Virus record (IMG/VR): IMGVR_UViG_3300038314_000675
Span: 1-40,269 of that record
Source of the DNA: a virus
Lineage: Duplodnaviria; Caudoviricetes
Reading direction: 5' to 3' (one strand)
DNA length: 40,269 nucleotides
The notes under the pieces were generated by a model. It was not told the origin of the DNA. It searched no databases and worked only from the letters and a program-made list of their open reading frames with translations. This document shows, piece after piece, positions 15,037 through 24,777 of this stretch. The translations under genes were made by a program, and so were the position numbers. Numbering within the stretch: the first letter of the stretch is position 1; each line of letters begins with the position of its first letter.

Positions 15037-17453
15037 CCCACGACACCGAAGCCATTCGGGCAGCAAACCCCATCAAGACCATCGTCGAGCAGGCGATCGA
15101 CCTGCAGCGCGCGGGCAAGGAATGGAAAGCCTGCTGCCCTTTTCATTCGGAAAAGACGCCATCCTTCTACGTCATCCCCGACAAGGACATCGCGCATTGC
15201 TTCGGCTGCGATTGGTCCGGCGACGTCATCAAGTTCGTGATGGATTACAAGTCCGTTTCATTCCTCGATGCCCTTTCCATGCTGGGCGGCGAGGAACACG
15301 CAATCGTCGATCAGTCCCCCGAATCGAAAGCCGAACGCGAACGGCAGGCCCGGGAGCGCGATGAGCGAGAGCGCGCAGAACGCCAGGCAGCCACCGAAAA
15401 GGCCATCCACCGCTGGGAACAAGCGGAGCCCGCGGACCCGCACCACCCCTATCTGACGCGCAAGGGTGTCGAGCCGCACACCATCCGGCAGACAAGCGCC
15501 GGGGACCTTATTTTGCCGGTCTATGGGCCCGATGGCGAAATCCAGTCGGTGCAGACCATCACCGATCGCGGCGACAAGCGGTTCCAGTTCCAGGCGCCTA
15601 TCTCCGGCGGCCGCATGATGATCGGCATCAACATGGGCCGGGCAATCCTGTGTGAAGGCTTCGCCACCGGCGCCAGCATCTACGAGGCCATCCCCGATCA
15701 GGTTGTCGTCGCCTATAACTGCGGCAACATGGAAAAGCTGGCGCGCGAATATGCCGAGGAAGGCCGCGCCTTCATTCTGGCGGCCGACAACAACGAACAG
15801 GCGGCCACAAAAATGGTCAAGCTGGGCGCGGATCTCGGCGTGCCTGTGGTTATCCCGCCGGAAGTCGATATGGGCGAAGGCGAGGTTGGCAGCGACTTCA
15901 ACGACATGGCGCAGGTGCTGGGCATCGATGCGGTGGCGCGGCTATTCCGCGATACGCTGAAAGCCTATTCCGAAGAACGCGCCATTCGCGAAAAGCCGAT
16001 TACTGAAGACGCGGGCCCGGTGGACCTGTGGGCGCAGCCGCTCGCGCCGGAGCTCCCCCGGGGCCTGCTTCCCAGCCTTATCGAGCGTTTCGCCTTCGCC
16101 AGCGCCGAACAGATCGGCGCGGATCCGGCCGGCCTGGCCATGTCGGCGCTTGCTGGCTGCGCGTCGGTCATTAGCGACCGAATCAAGCTGAAGCCGAAGC
16201 GCAATGAGCAATGGACTGAAAGCGCGCGCATCTGGGTCATGCTGATCGGGCCGCCATCAGCGCGCAAGACGCCGGCCATGAGCCGCGCCACCTCGCGCAT
16301 CAAGAAGCTGGACACCGAAATGCTAGCGGAAGGCAATCGCAAGCTGTCCGATTGGCAGGAAATGGGCGGCAGCAAGAGCGAGCATCCCAAGCCCCCGCAG
16401 CCGCGCCTGCGCATCGGGGACAGCACCACCGAATCGGCGCAGGAGGTCTGCAAGGAAAGCCCAAACGGCGTGCTTCTGCTGCAGGATGAGCTTTCCGGCC
16501 TGTTCGGGCGTATCGACAAATATGGCGGCAAGGGCGGCAGCGCCGATCGGTCGTTCTGGCTCGAGGCGTATGGCGGCGGGCAATATGCGGTCAACCGCAT
16601 CGGCCGCGGCGCGTTCATCATCGACAATCTGTCGATTTCGATCCTGGGCGGCATCCAGCCGGAAAAGATCAAGAGCGTGATCAACGGCGCCGATGACGAT
16701 GGCATGATCCAGCGTTTTATCCCCGTGGTTCTGCGCCCTGCAGAGCGTGACCGGGATGTCGAAGCGCCTGCGGTCGCCAATGAATTCGGGGATCTGCTCG
16801 AGCGCCTGCACGGCATGGTGCCGCCGTCCAATTTCTTTGGCGACAAGCCGCTGGTCTTTTCCGAAGAGGCGATGGCGATCCGCGAAGAACTGGCCGATGA
16901 ACACTTCGATTTCGTGCGCATCATGGAAGGCGTGAACACGAAATTCAGCGCGCACGTCGGCAAGTACGACGGCCTGTTCCCGCGGCTGTGCGTCATCTGG
17001 CACTGTGTCGAGAACTCGGGTTCCGGCGACCTGCCGGACGAAATCAGCGGCAACACAGCGCGCCGGGTGGCCACCTTCCTGCGCGAATTCGTGATGCAGC
17101 ACGCGCATGTCTTTTACGGCAGCATGGGCAACGTCGATGATCATGATGAGGTAGTGAAGGTGGTTGGCGGGTGGATCCTGTCGCATGGCGTGGAGCGCTT
17201 CACGGTGCGCGATCTGACCCGCAATGTGCGCGCTTTCAAGAACGCCGACGACCATACGCAAGAGCGCGCGGTGCACATCCTGGAAAGCTTTGGCTGGGCC
17301 GAACCGGACCCGAAAAAGCAGGTCCACAAGGCTTGGGAAGTGCCCGCCGAGGTGCATCAAAAGTACATCGAAAAGGCCGCTTCGGAACGCCAGCGGAGGG
17401 CCGAAGTCAGAATGCTTATTCAGGAAAGGGCGGCGGAAGGTGAACGGAATTGA
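15033..17453 (+). CDS. Primase-helicase: CHC2 zinc finger + TOPRIM + DUF3987-like P-loop domain
   Basis: CCPFHSEKTPSF...HCFGC; CEGFATG and AADN; GPPSARKT and QDELSG. Confidence 0.88.
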   Translation: MTHDTEAIRAANPIKTIVEQAIDLQRAGKEWKACCPFHSEKTPSFYVIPDKDIAHCFGCDWSGDVIKFVMDYKSVSFLDALSMLGGEEHAIVDQSPESKAERERQARERDERERAERQAATEKAIHRWEQAEPADPHHPYLTRKGVEPHTIRQTSAGDLILPVYGPDGEIQSVQTITDRGDKRFQFQAPISGGRMMIGINMGRAILCEGFATGASIYEAIPDQVVVAYNCGNMEKLAREYAEEGRAFILAADNNEQAATKMVKLGADLGVPVVIPPEVDMGEGEVGSDFNDMAQVLGIDAVARLFRDTLKAYSEERAIREKPITEDAGPVDLWAQPLAPELPRGLLPSLIERFAFASAEQIGADPAGLAMSALAGCASVISDRIKLKPKRNEQWTESARIWVMLIGPPSARKTPAMSRATSRIKKLDTEMLAEGNRKLSDWQEMGGSKSEHPKPPQPRLRIGDSTTESAQEVCKESPNGVLLLQDELSGLFGRIDKYGGKGGSADRSFWLEAYGGGQYAVNRIGRGAFIIDNLSISILGGIQPEKIKSVINGADDDGMIQRFIPVVLRPAERDRDVEAPAVANEFGDLLERLHGMVPPSNFFGDKPLVFSEEAMAIREELADEHFDFVRIMEGVNTKFSAHVGKYDGLFPRLCVIWHCVENSGSGDLPDEISGNTARRVATFLREFVMQHAHVFYGSMGNVDDHDEVVKVVGGWILSHGVERFTVRDLTRNVRAFKNADDHTQERAVHILESFGWAEPDPKKQVHKAWEVPAEVHQKYIEKAASERQRRAEVRMLIQERAAEGERN

Positions 17454-17458
17454 GATGG

Positions 17459-17645
17459 TGCGTCGCGTTTGTCGACGTTTTTGCGTCGCGTTTGTCGACG
17501 GTAAAAAAGGGTGTTTTGGGGCTGATTTGGCAAAAAACGTCGACATTCGTCGATTGCCCGGGAAGGAATAAAAAACTCTCTTTTTTTTATATTCTGCACA
17601 TACGGGGATACGGCACCCCTACTAAATCGTCGTTTGTCGACGGTT
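17459..17645. repeat. Iteron-like repeats with AT-rich tract (putative replication origin)
   Basis: 19-bp direct repeat TGCGTCGCGTTTGTCGACG at 17459 and 17482, inverted partial copy 17533-17545, partial copy 17631-17643, A/T tracts 17568-17592. Confidence 0.65.
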
Positions 17646-17667
17646 TTAGGTTTTGAAAGGAAACGGA

Positions 17668-17973
17668 ATGGCAAAGGACTTCACGATCTCACCGGCAATG
17701 GAGCGGCGCTTGCGGGACCGTTATTTTAGGCACCGGGATCTCGGGCTCGGGCATGACAGCGCGATCGCCAGGGCGGCCAGCGACACGGGTGGGTATATCC
17801 ATCGATTGCAGGCCGGGCGCTATCGGCAGCACAATGCCCACGCGGTCGAACAGGCTGTGGTTCTGGAAAGGATCGCCGCAGCCATGCGCGCCGAATTCGA
17901 TTGCTTCGAAGAGCAGCGGCCGGACATCGCCAGCGCCATTCCACTTTCCCCCTTCCCTTCCTCGCCGGAATAG
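17668..17973 (+). CDS. Hypothetical protein
   Basis: AAGGA RBS, ATG 17668, precedes the terminase. Confidence 0.6.
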   Translation: MAKDFTISPAMERRLRDRYFRHRDLGLGHDSAIARAASDTGGYIHRLQAGRYRQHNAHAVEQAVVLERIAAAMRAEFDCFEEQRPDIASAIPLSPFPSSPE

Positions 17974-17978
17974 CATAG

Positions 17979-18371
17979 ATGGGGACTATGGCGAACATGG
18001 GCAGACCCACCATTTACGAACCGTCGATTGGCGAGCAGATCATCGACCTGATGGCCGCCGGCCTTTCGCTCACTGCAGCCGCAGCTGAATGCGACGTGGG
18101 TCGATCGACTGTCTATCGTTGGAAAGCCGAGAACGATGACTTTCGGGACACTATAAACCTCGCCATGGCAAAACGGCAGGCTTTCCTCGAGCGGCGGCTG
18201 CTGTCCGCAGAGCAAGGGCCCGTCGTCACGTCGACGATCTTTGCGCTGAAGAATGCTGGCCCCGAAGACTGGCGCGACAAGCGCGAGGTGGAGCATTCCG
18301 GCGAAATGAACGTCCGCAAGCTCGACCAGCTGAGCGACGATGAATTGTCGCAGGTGGCGGCCGGGGGATGA
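17979..18371 (+). CDS. terS: Terminase small subunit
   Basis: GRPT.Y and HTH (LSLTAAAAECDVGRSTVYRW), FALKN...WRDK.EVEHSG, coupled to TerL. Exact start uncertain (17979/17988/17997). Confidence 0.85.
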   Translation: MGTMANMGRPTIYEPSIGEQIIDLMAAGLSLTAAAAECDVGRSTVYRWKAENDDFRDTINLAMAKRQAFLERRLLSAEQGPVVTSTIFALKNAGPEDWRDKREVEHSGEMNVRKLDQLSDDELSQVAAGG

Positions 18372-19939
18372 ATGCCCCTGCGGTGATTACCCGCCAGCAG
18401 GCTGCAGGCGAACTCCTGCGCAGGCGTAAGGCGCGCGCCAACCTCGTCGATTATGCCCGCTACATCGAAGTGCCGGGCGCACCGCTGACCGAAGAAGATC
18501 CCGACTGCGAGGCGTTCCAGCCGGTCGAAACCGTCTTGGCCGCGCATCACGAAATCATCTGCGATGCTACGCAGCGGTGCATCGAACGCCACCGCGGGCG
18601 CACCATGTTGTTCCTGCCGCCTGGCAGCGCGAAGTCGACCTACGCCACCGTTGTGGCGCCGACGTGGGCAATGGGCAAAATACCGGGCTTCAAGGTCATC
18701 GCTGCAAGCTATGGCAGCGACCTCGCCAAGAAATTCGGGCGCCGGATGCGCTCGATCGTCAAGCAGCGCAAATTCGAATTGCTGTTCGATACCGCGCTTT
18801 CGCCTGAAAGCAGCGCCGCGGATGAATGGGCGCTGCTCAATGCAAGCGAGCTCATGGCTGGCGGTATCCTGTCCGGCATTACCGGCAATCGCGCCGATTT
18901 CATCCCGATCGACGATCCCATCAAGGGCCGGCAGGAGGCGGATTCGGAAATCACCCGAAGGCGCACGATGGAGGCGTATCAGGATGACATCCTGACGCGC
19001 CTGAAGCCGGGCGGCAGCGTGATGATTACGCAGACCCGCTGGCACGAAGACGATCTTGCCGGGGCCATACTGCCTGAAGGGTGGAATGGCGAAAGCGGGA
19101 TGATCGAGTGCCGTGACGGCGAAACGTGGGAGGTTATCTGCATCCCCGCTCAAGCTGAGCGCGATGACGATTATCTCGGCCGTGCGCCTGGGGAGTACAT
19201 CTGGACCGAATGGTTTGACGAGGACCACTGGGCGCCGTTCAAGCGCATTCCCCGCACATGGTCCGCGCTATACCAGCAGCGGCCCGCACCCGACACGGGC
19301 GATTATTTCAAGCGCGAATGGATCCACGAGGTGGAACCCGACACCATGCCGGCGCGCGAGGCGATGCAGATTTTCGGCGCGTCCGATTATGCCGTCACCG
19401 CCAACGGGGGCGATTACACCGTGCACGTCGTGCTCGGCATCGATTACACCGGGCGGCTGTGGCTGCTCGACCTGTGGCGTGCGCAGGCGTCATCCGACGT
19501 GTGGGTCGATGAGCTCTGCTCGCTGGTGCGCAAGTGGAAGCCGATCGGCTGGGCCGAAGAGACGGGCCAGATCAAGTCCGGTGTGGGCCCGTTCCTTGTC
19601 AAGCGCATGATCGAGACACAATCCTACACCACCCGCGAACAGTTCCCGACGCGCGGCGACAAGGCGGTGCGGGCGCAGTCGATCCGCGGCCGCATGGCTA
19701 TGCAGGGGCTGTACGTGCCGCGCGGTGCGCCGTGGCTGGCCGATTTGATTAGCGAAATGTTGTCTTTTCCTGTAGGTTCGCACGACGACCAGGTTGACGC
19801 ATTGGGATTGGCAGGGCAATTAATGGACCGCATGGGCACAGGACGCATCCCCGACGACAAGAAACCGCAGCCCGGCGCCCCGCCGATTGCGACGGCTGAC
19901 GGCGTGATCGCGCCGCCGCTGCGGATGGGGAGGCGGTGA
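18368..19939 (+). CDS. terL: Terminase large subunit
   Basis: Walker A PPGSAKST, Walker B IDDPIK, TRWHEDDLAG, LYQQRP, nuclease HDDQVDA. Confidence 0.95.
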   Translation: MNAPAVITRQQAAGELLRRRKARANLVDYARYIEVPGAPLTEEDPDCEAFQPVETVLAAHHEIICDATQRCIERHRGRTMLFLPPGSAKSTYATVVAPTWAMGKIPGFKVIAASYGSDLAKKFGRRMRSIVKQRKFELLFDTALSPESSAADEWALLNASELMAGGILSGITGNRADFIPIDDPIKGRQEADSEITRRRTMEAYQDDILTRLKPGGSVMITQTRWHEDDLAGAILPEGWNGESGMIECRDGETWEVICIPAQAERDDDYLGRAPGEYIWTEWFDEDHWAPFKRIPRTWSALYQQRPAPDTGDYFKREWIHEVEPDTMPAREAMQIFGASDYAVTANGGDYTVHVVLGIDYTGRLWLLDLWRAQASSDVWVDELCSLVRKWKPIGWAEETGQIKSGVGPFLVKRMIETQSYTTREQFPTRGDKAVRAQSIRGRMAMQGLYVPRGAPWLADLISEMLSFPVGSHDDQVDALGLAGQLMDRMGTGRIPDDKKPQPGAPPIATADGVIAPPLRMGRR

Positions 19940-19940
19940 C

Positions 19941-22340
19941 GTGACCCCCGAAACCGAATTCGCCGGTACGCCGCAGCAGCAGGAAGCGCGGTCCTCGTCC
20001 GCCATCCTTGGGCAGCTGCAGAAGTCCAAGGACGAATTCCGCGATTGGGACGACAACTGCCACCTGATCGATGAGGTCTATTCCCGCGCTGGCGGCGAAT
20101 ACGACGCGCTGGTCACCATGTACGGCGGCAACGCCGAATGGTCGGACGCAGACCTCGACCTGTTCTGGGCGTCGTTCGAAATTCTCAAGCCTGCCGTCTA
20201 TGCGCGCGCGCCGATCCCCGCGGTTAAGCCGCTGTTCTCCGATAACGATCTGGTGAAGAACACCACGGCCGAAGTGCTCGAGCGCGCTTCGGTGTCGGCG
20301 TTCGCTCTGACCGACATCAACGATGTCATGTATCACGTCCGCGACGACCTGCTGTTCGCTGGTCGCGGCGTGATCTGGATGCGCTACGAAACTGACGACG
20401 GCGAACGCGTGTCGATTGAGCATCTCGATCGCAAGGATTTCCGGCATGAACCGGCACGCAAGTGGTCCGAGGTGGGATGGGTCGCCGGTGGGTTCTGGCT
20501 GACGCGCGACGACATCAAGAAACGCTTCGGCCGCGGGTCGGGCGTCAAGAACCCGCTGACCGATGCAGAGATCGACCGGCTCAATTACACGCTGAAGCGC
20601 GACGAACAGCACGCCAGCCACACCGGGTCGGATTCGCTGACGCAAAAGGTGCAGGTCTGGGAAGTGTGGCACCGCGCCGACAACCAGGTGTACTGGGTCA
20701 CCGAGGGTTTCGATCGCGTCCTCGATCAGCGCGAACCGATGTGCAAGCTGTCGGGCTTCTTCCCCTGCCCCAAGCCTGCCTATGCCACGCTGCAGCGCCG
20801 CTCGCTGATCCCGGTGCCCGACTGGGACCGGTACGCGGTGCATTTCCGCAAAATCAGCGACCTGACCGCGCGCATCTACCTGCTGCTGACGCAGGTCAAG
20901 ATGATGGGCCTGGTCGGCGGCGGCGGCGAAATCGAAGACGCCGTGCAGGAAATGATGCGGTCGAACGACGATCAGATACTGATCAAGGTGAACTCGCTCG
21001 ACGTGGCCAACGCCGTGTCGTGGTTGCCGCTGGCCGAAGTGGCGCAGGCTATCACCGGGCTGATCGAGGCGCGACGCGTCCTGATCGACGATTTCTACCA
21101 GCTGTCGGGCATTTCCGACATCATGCGCGGCGCCACCGAGGCTGAAGAAACGCTGGGCGCGCAGCGCATGAAGTCGCAGTATGGCTCGGTGCGGGTGCGG
21201 TGCAAAATCGACGAACTGCAGCGCATCGCCGCGGACGCGGTGAAAATTGCGGCCGAAATCATTGCCGAGAAATTCAGCGAAAAGACCATCTTCGAACTGT
21301 CGCAGATCACGTTGCCGAAGCGTTCCGAAGTCGAAAAGCGCATCAAGGACATCGAGGCCGAAGCCAAGCGCGAACTCGAGGGACTGGCTGATCAGGCCGA
21401 ACAGATGGCGCAGGAAGCGCGGATGCAAGCCGAAGCCGCCATGGCGCAGGGCGAGCAGGTGGATCCGCAGGAAGTGCAGGCGCAACTGCAGCAGGCGCAG
21501 ATGCAATTCCAGCAGCAGCAGCAGGAAGTCATCCAGAGGTATGCCGACATGCTGCAGGCCGAAGAACAAAAGGTCTCCAGCGATGCGGTGATGGAACTGC
21601 TGCGCGATGACCGCGTGCGCTCGTTCACCTTCGACATCGAATCCGACAGCACGATCATGACCGACGAGGCGGCTGAAAAGCAGTCGCGCGTCGAATTCAT
21701 GGGCGCGTTCACGCAGGCCAGCCAGGCGCTGATGGGGCTGGCCACGCAGGGCGAGCAAGGCGCGAAGCTGGCCGGCGAAATGCTGAAATTCGTGTTGGCG
21801 CCGTATCGTGCCGGCCGCCAGCTGGACACGGCAATCGACGATTTCGTCGACGCTGCGCAGATGATGGCGGGCCAGCAGGACGAAGAAGGCGACGCGGAAG
21901 GCGTGGCTGCGCTGGCTGAAGCTGAGCGCATGAAGGCGGAAGCTGCGATGGCCAAGGTGACGGCCGATAGCGCCGCCAAGCAGGCCGAAAACGAGCGCAA
22001 GCTGATGGAAATGCAGCAGAAGGCTGGGCAGCAGGAACGCGAATTCGAAGCGCAGATCGCCAAGCTGCAGCAGGATGGGCAGGCGCTGACGATCAAGGCC
22101 GAAGAGGCGCTGGCCAAGGTGGACAACCTGCGCGCCGACACGATGAAAAAGCTGGCGGAAGCCGGCGTTGTGCCGAACGAAGCCGCGCTGAACGAATTCA
22201 AGTCGCTCGAGGAAATCGACATCAAGCGCAGCCAAGAACAGCGCGCTGCGGTGAAGGATATGCGCGAGGCCGCCCGGGCCGATCGCAACGAAGTGCGCGA
22301 GGCTACGGCGCCCGCCGAAGAGGGGGGGCCGTCGCAATGA
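19941..22340 (+). CDS. Portal protein with long coiled-coil C-terminus
   Basis: Position after TerL, 799 aa, FFPCP and GISDIMRG motifs, Q/E/A-rich helical tail. Confidence 0.82.
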   Translation: MTPETEFAGTPQQQEARSSSAILGQLQKSKDEFRDWDDNCHLIDEVYSRAGGEYDALVTMYGGNAEWSDADLDLFWASFEILKPAVYARAPIPAVKPLFSDNDLVKNTTAEVLERASVSAFALTDINDVMYHVRDDLLFAGRGVIWMRYETDDGERVSIEHLDRKDFRHEPARKWSEVGWVAGGFWLTRDDIKKRFGRGSGVKNPLTDAEIDRLNYTLKRDEQHASHTGSDSLTQKVQVWEVWHRADNQVYWVTEGFDRVLDQREPMCKLSGFFPCPKPAYATLQRRSLIPVPDWDRYAVHFRKISDLTARIYLLLTQVKMMGLVGGGGEIEDAVQEMMRSNDDQILIKVNSLDVANAVSWLPLAEVAQAITGLIEARRVLIDDFYQLSGISDIMRGATEAEETLGAQRMKSQYGSVRVRCKIDELQRIAADAVKIAAEIIAEKFSEKTIFELSQITLPKRSEVEKRIKDIEAEAKRELEGLADQAEQMAQEARMQAEAAMAQGEQVDPQEVQAQLQQAQMQFQQQQQEVIQRYADMLQAEEQKVSSDAVMELLRDDRVRSFTFDIESDSTIMTDEAAEKQSRVEFMGAFTQASQALMGLATQGEQGAKLAGEMLKFVLAPYRAGRQLDTAIDDFVDAAQMMAGQQDEEGDAEGVAALAEAERMKAEAAMAKVTADSAAKQAENERKLMEMQQKAGQQEREFEAQIAKLQQDGQALTIKAEEALAKVDNLRADTMKKLAEAGVVPNEAALNEFKSLEEIDIKRSQEQRAAVKDMREAARADRNEVREATAPAEEGGPSQ

Positions 22341-22507
22341 CAGGATTCCCCGTAGTGGTTGTCGAAAGCGGTGGCGCGCCGGTCGTGTCCGTGACTGACA
22401 GTGCGCCTGAAGCGCAGGTTGTTGAAAGTGGTGGTTTTCCTGTAACGGTGGTGGATAGCGGCGCCCCGCCGATGATTTTAACCGGCTATACGCCGCCCGA
22501 AGAATAG
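22337..22507 (+). CDS. 56-aa repeat peptide (not in ORF track)
   Basis: ATGA-coupled to the portal. MTGFPVVVVESGGAPVVSVTDSAPEAQVVESGGFPVTVVDSGAPPMILTGYTPPEE. Confidence 0.7.
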   Translation: MTGFPVVVVESGGAPVVSVTDSAPEAQVVESGGFPVTVVDSGAPPMILTGYTPPEE

Positions 22508-22518
22508 GAAGGCATGAA

Positions 22519-22773
22519 ATGGCAGATGCAAGACGACTGATGGAACTGGGCCTGCCGGGCCCGACGGCTGAAGAGGTGGCAACGCAGATTGCCGCGCAGA
22601 CCGGCGATGCCGATCGGCTGATCGGTGCGGCTATCGTGCCTCCGCTGGCGCGTGAACTGGCCGCGCAGATCGACGCCGCGGGCACTATCAGCGCGCCGCG
22701 CCTGGCGGCTGAAAGCATGGCCACCGAACTGGCCCGGGAAGTGGCGGTGCAGATCGCCGCGGATAGGGCTTAA
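22519..22773 (+). CDS. Hypothetical protein with three internal helical repeats
   Basis: RL...A.E(V/L)A.QI.A occurs three times. AGGAAGG RBS. Confidence 0.7.
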   Translation: MADARRLMELGLPGPTAEEVATQIAAQTGDADRLIGAAIVPPLARELAAQIDAAGTISAPRLAAESMATELAREVAVQIAADRA

Positions 22774-22775
22774 TC

Positions 22776-23102
22776 ATGACCACCGAAGAAATCGCCAAGG
22801 GCACGGTTGCTGAAATCAGCGAACGCCTGCCGATCCTCGCCGGCTGGGAACTGGCCGAATTGCATGATCTGGAGGAAGCCAAGGACAATCCCCGGGTAAC
22901 GCTGCTCGATGCCATCCACCGCGAACAGGACGCGCGCAAGGAAGCTGCGGGCGGTGTGCCGCTCGACGCTGCCATGAAGGCCGAATATGACCGCGGCCGC
23001 ATGGCATACCGGCGCGGCATCGCTGAGGACCAGTGCCCCCACGGCGCCGGGCCGCGGCGTGATGCGTGGGCCGAAGGTTGGCGTTTCCAGGCGGGGTCGT
23101 GA
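22776..23102 (+). CDS. Hypothetical protein with C-terminal Rmf/CrpP-like motif
   Basis: YDRGRMAYRRGIAEDQCPH...RDAWAEGWR resembles RMF (RGYQAG..G.SKEMCPY...W..GWR). Confidence 0.6.
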   Translation: MTTEEIAKGTVAEISERLPILAGWELAELHDLEEAKDNPRVTLLDAIHREQDARKEAAGGVPLDAAMKAEYDRGRMAYRRGIAEDQCPHGAGPRRDAWAEGWRFQAGS

Positions 23103-23492
23103 ATGCCCCTCTACGATTTCCGCTGCGATAACGAGCACCGCTTCGAACGGTTCGTGTCGCTGTCGAATTATGGCAACCCGCAATCCTGCGAATGCGGGGC
23201 ACCCGCGTCCCGTGTCCCCTGCGCGCCGACGGTTATTTCGGACGCCATCCCGCCCACCCGCGGCGCCGATGGCAAAATTCACGAAAGCCGCGCATCCCTG
23301 AACTTTTCGCTGACGCCGGAAGGCAATCCCAAGGGCGAACGGTATCACCAGCTGGGCAGCGACGAACAGCTGCCTGCTTTCAAGGCTCCCGAATTCGATG
23401 AAGGCAAGCGGCGCGATGATATTCGCAAGTCGCTGGCCGACATCAAGGCAGGGCGCACCCCTCCAGCACCCGTGACAGGAATTCCAGCATGA
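23103..23492 (+). CDS. FmdB-family zinc-ribbon protein
   Basis: MPLYDFRC..EHRFE...CECG...RV..AP signature. Confidence 0.8.
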   Translation: MPLYDFRCDNEHRFERFVSLSNYGNPQSCECGAPASRVPCAPTVISDAIPPTRGADGKIHESRASLNFSLTPEGNPKGERYHQLGSDEQLPAFKAPEFDEGKRRDDIRKSLADIKAGRTPPAPVTGIPA

Positions 23493-24760
23493 ACGACATT
23501 GCGCAAACCATCGAATCCAACTCGACCGTTCTCGAGCCCGTGGAAGCGCCCGCTGCAAGCGGTGGCGGCACGCCGGATATTCCTGCCGATGACGCGGGAA
23601 AGCCCGACAAGCCCGAAGACGTGCGCGATTCGATCGCCAAGGCGTTGAAGGCATCGGATGCCAAGACTGCCGAAGCCAAGGCCAAGGAAGCCGGGGAGGA
23701 TCCGAAAGACGCCAAGGAAGGAAAGCCCGCCGATGACGCCGACGCCGCCGAAAAGCCCGATGGGGATAAAGATGGCAAGGCCGAAGGAAAGGCGGGCAAA
23801 GCCGCTGAAGACGGCGCCGAATCCGCGAAAGCGGGCAAGGCCGACGACGGCAAGCCTGTAGAGGGCAAGGGCGAAGCGGCTAAGGCTGAAGCGGAAGGTG
23901 ACGACGGCAAGGAAAACGGCAAGGGCAAACCTGCGCATTACCAGCCGCCGAAGAACCTCCTTCCTGATGCACGCGAAAAGTGGACGAACGTGCCGCGGGC
24001 GGTGCAGCGCGACATCGAAAACATGACGCGCGAGCACGACGCCAAGGTGCAGGAACTGACCAAGGCGACCGAACGCTATGAAGCGGTGCGCGAATTCGAT
24101 GAGCTGGCGCAGTCGAACGGCCGGGAACTGCGCGAAAGCCTGGGACGGATGCACGAAATCGAAAATCTGATACAGGAAAACCCCTATGCCGGGCTGAATG
24201 CCATCCTGCAGGAAATCGGGCCGCGCAAACCGGACGGCTCGCCGGTGTCGCTGCTCGAGGTGTCGAAATTCATCGCGCAGCAGGGCGACGACGGCTGGCA
24301 GCAGCTGGTGGCTGCGCGTCCTCAGCAGCAGCAACAGCAGCAGCAGCCGGATCCCCAGGTGGCGCATCTGCAGCAGCAGATCGCGAAGATGCAGGTCGAC
24401 CATACGGCGGCATCGGTGATCGAACCTTTCAAGGCGGGGCATCCCCGCTATGACGAATTGAAAGGGGATATTGCAATGTTCCTGAAATCCGGTAGGATAC
24501 CAGCCAGCTTGAGCGCGCAAGACCGGCTCGAAGCGGCGTATGACATGGCTGAGCGGCTGAACCCGCCTTCGAATGGCAACGCTGCATCGCCCGATGCGAG
24601 CCTTGAACCTGACCGTCGCGTTGACCCTGCCAAGGGCTCCAGTGGCTCACTCTCCATCAAGTCAGCGCCGGGTTCGGTTACCGAAAACAAAGAACCTGAT
24701 CGCGGTGGCGACATTCGCGACATGCTCGCCCGCAATATGCGAAAGGCTGGCAGGTCCTAA
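23489..24760 (+). CDS. Capsid scaffolding protein
   Basis: Directly upstream of the MCP, with a low-complexity acidic N-terminus, coiled coils and a poly-Q tract. Confidence 0.7.
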   Translation: MNDIAQTIESNSTVLEPVEAPAASGGGTPDIPADDAGKPDKPEDVRDSIAKALKASDAKTAEAKAKEAGEDPKDAKEGKPADDADAAEKPDGDKDGKAEGKAGKAAEDGAESAKAGKADDGKPVEGKGEAAKAEAEGDDGKENGKGKPAHYQPPKNLLPDAREKWTNVPRAVQRDIENMTREHDAKVQELTKATERYEAVREFDELAQSNGRELRESLGRMHEIENLIQENPYAGLNAILQEIGPRKPDGSPVSLLEVSKFIAQQGDDGWQQLVAARPQQQQQQQQPDPQVAHLQQQIAKMQVDHTAASVIEPFKAGHPRYDELKGDIAMFLKSGRIPASLSAQDRLEAAYDMAERLNPPSNGNAASPDASLEPDRRVDPAKGSSGSLSIKSAPGSVTENKEPDRGGDIRDMLARNMRKAGRS

Positions 24761-24777
24761 CCGAAAGGGTTTGAACA

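Noticed and set aside
17459-17500. Repeats as a mini-CRISPR array
   Set aside because: Only two 19-bp copies separated by 4 bp, with no spacers and no cas genes.
17450-17656. 68-aa ORF over the repeat region
   Set aside because: No RBS, and the sequence is dictated by repeats and A/T tracts. Better explained as a non-coding origin.
19749-22724. 991-aa minus-strand ORF, and similar long antisense ORFs (16323-17546, 23345-24520, 24757-25902, 31943-33586)
   Set aside because: Shadow frames of GC-rich, codon-biased real genes on the opposite strand. No motifs or RBS.
24323-24346. (CAG)n tract in the scaffold gene (also in the portal near 21510) as a contingency locus
   Set aside because: In-frame poly-Gln in low-complexity linkers, interrupted by CAA. 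Common in such proteins.
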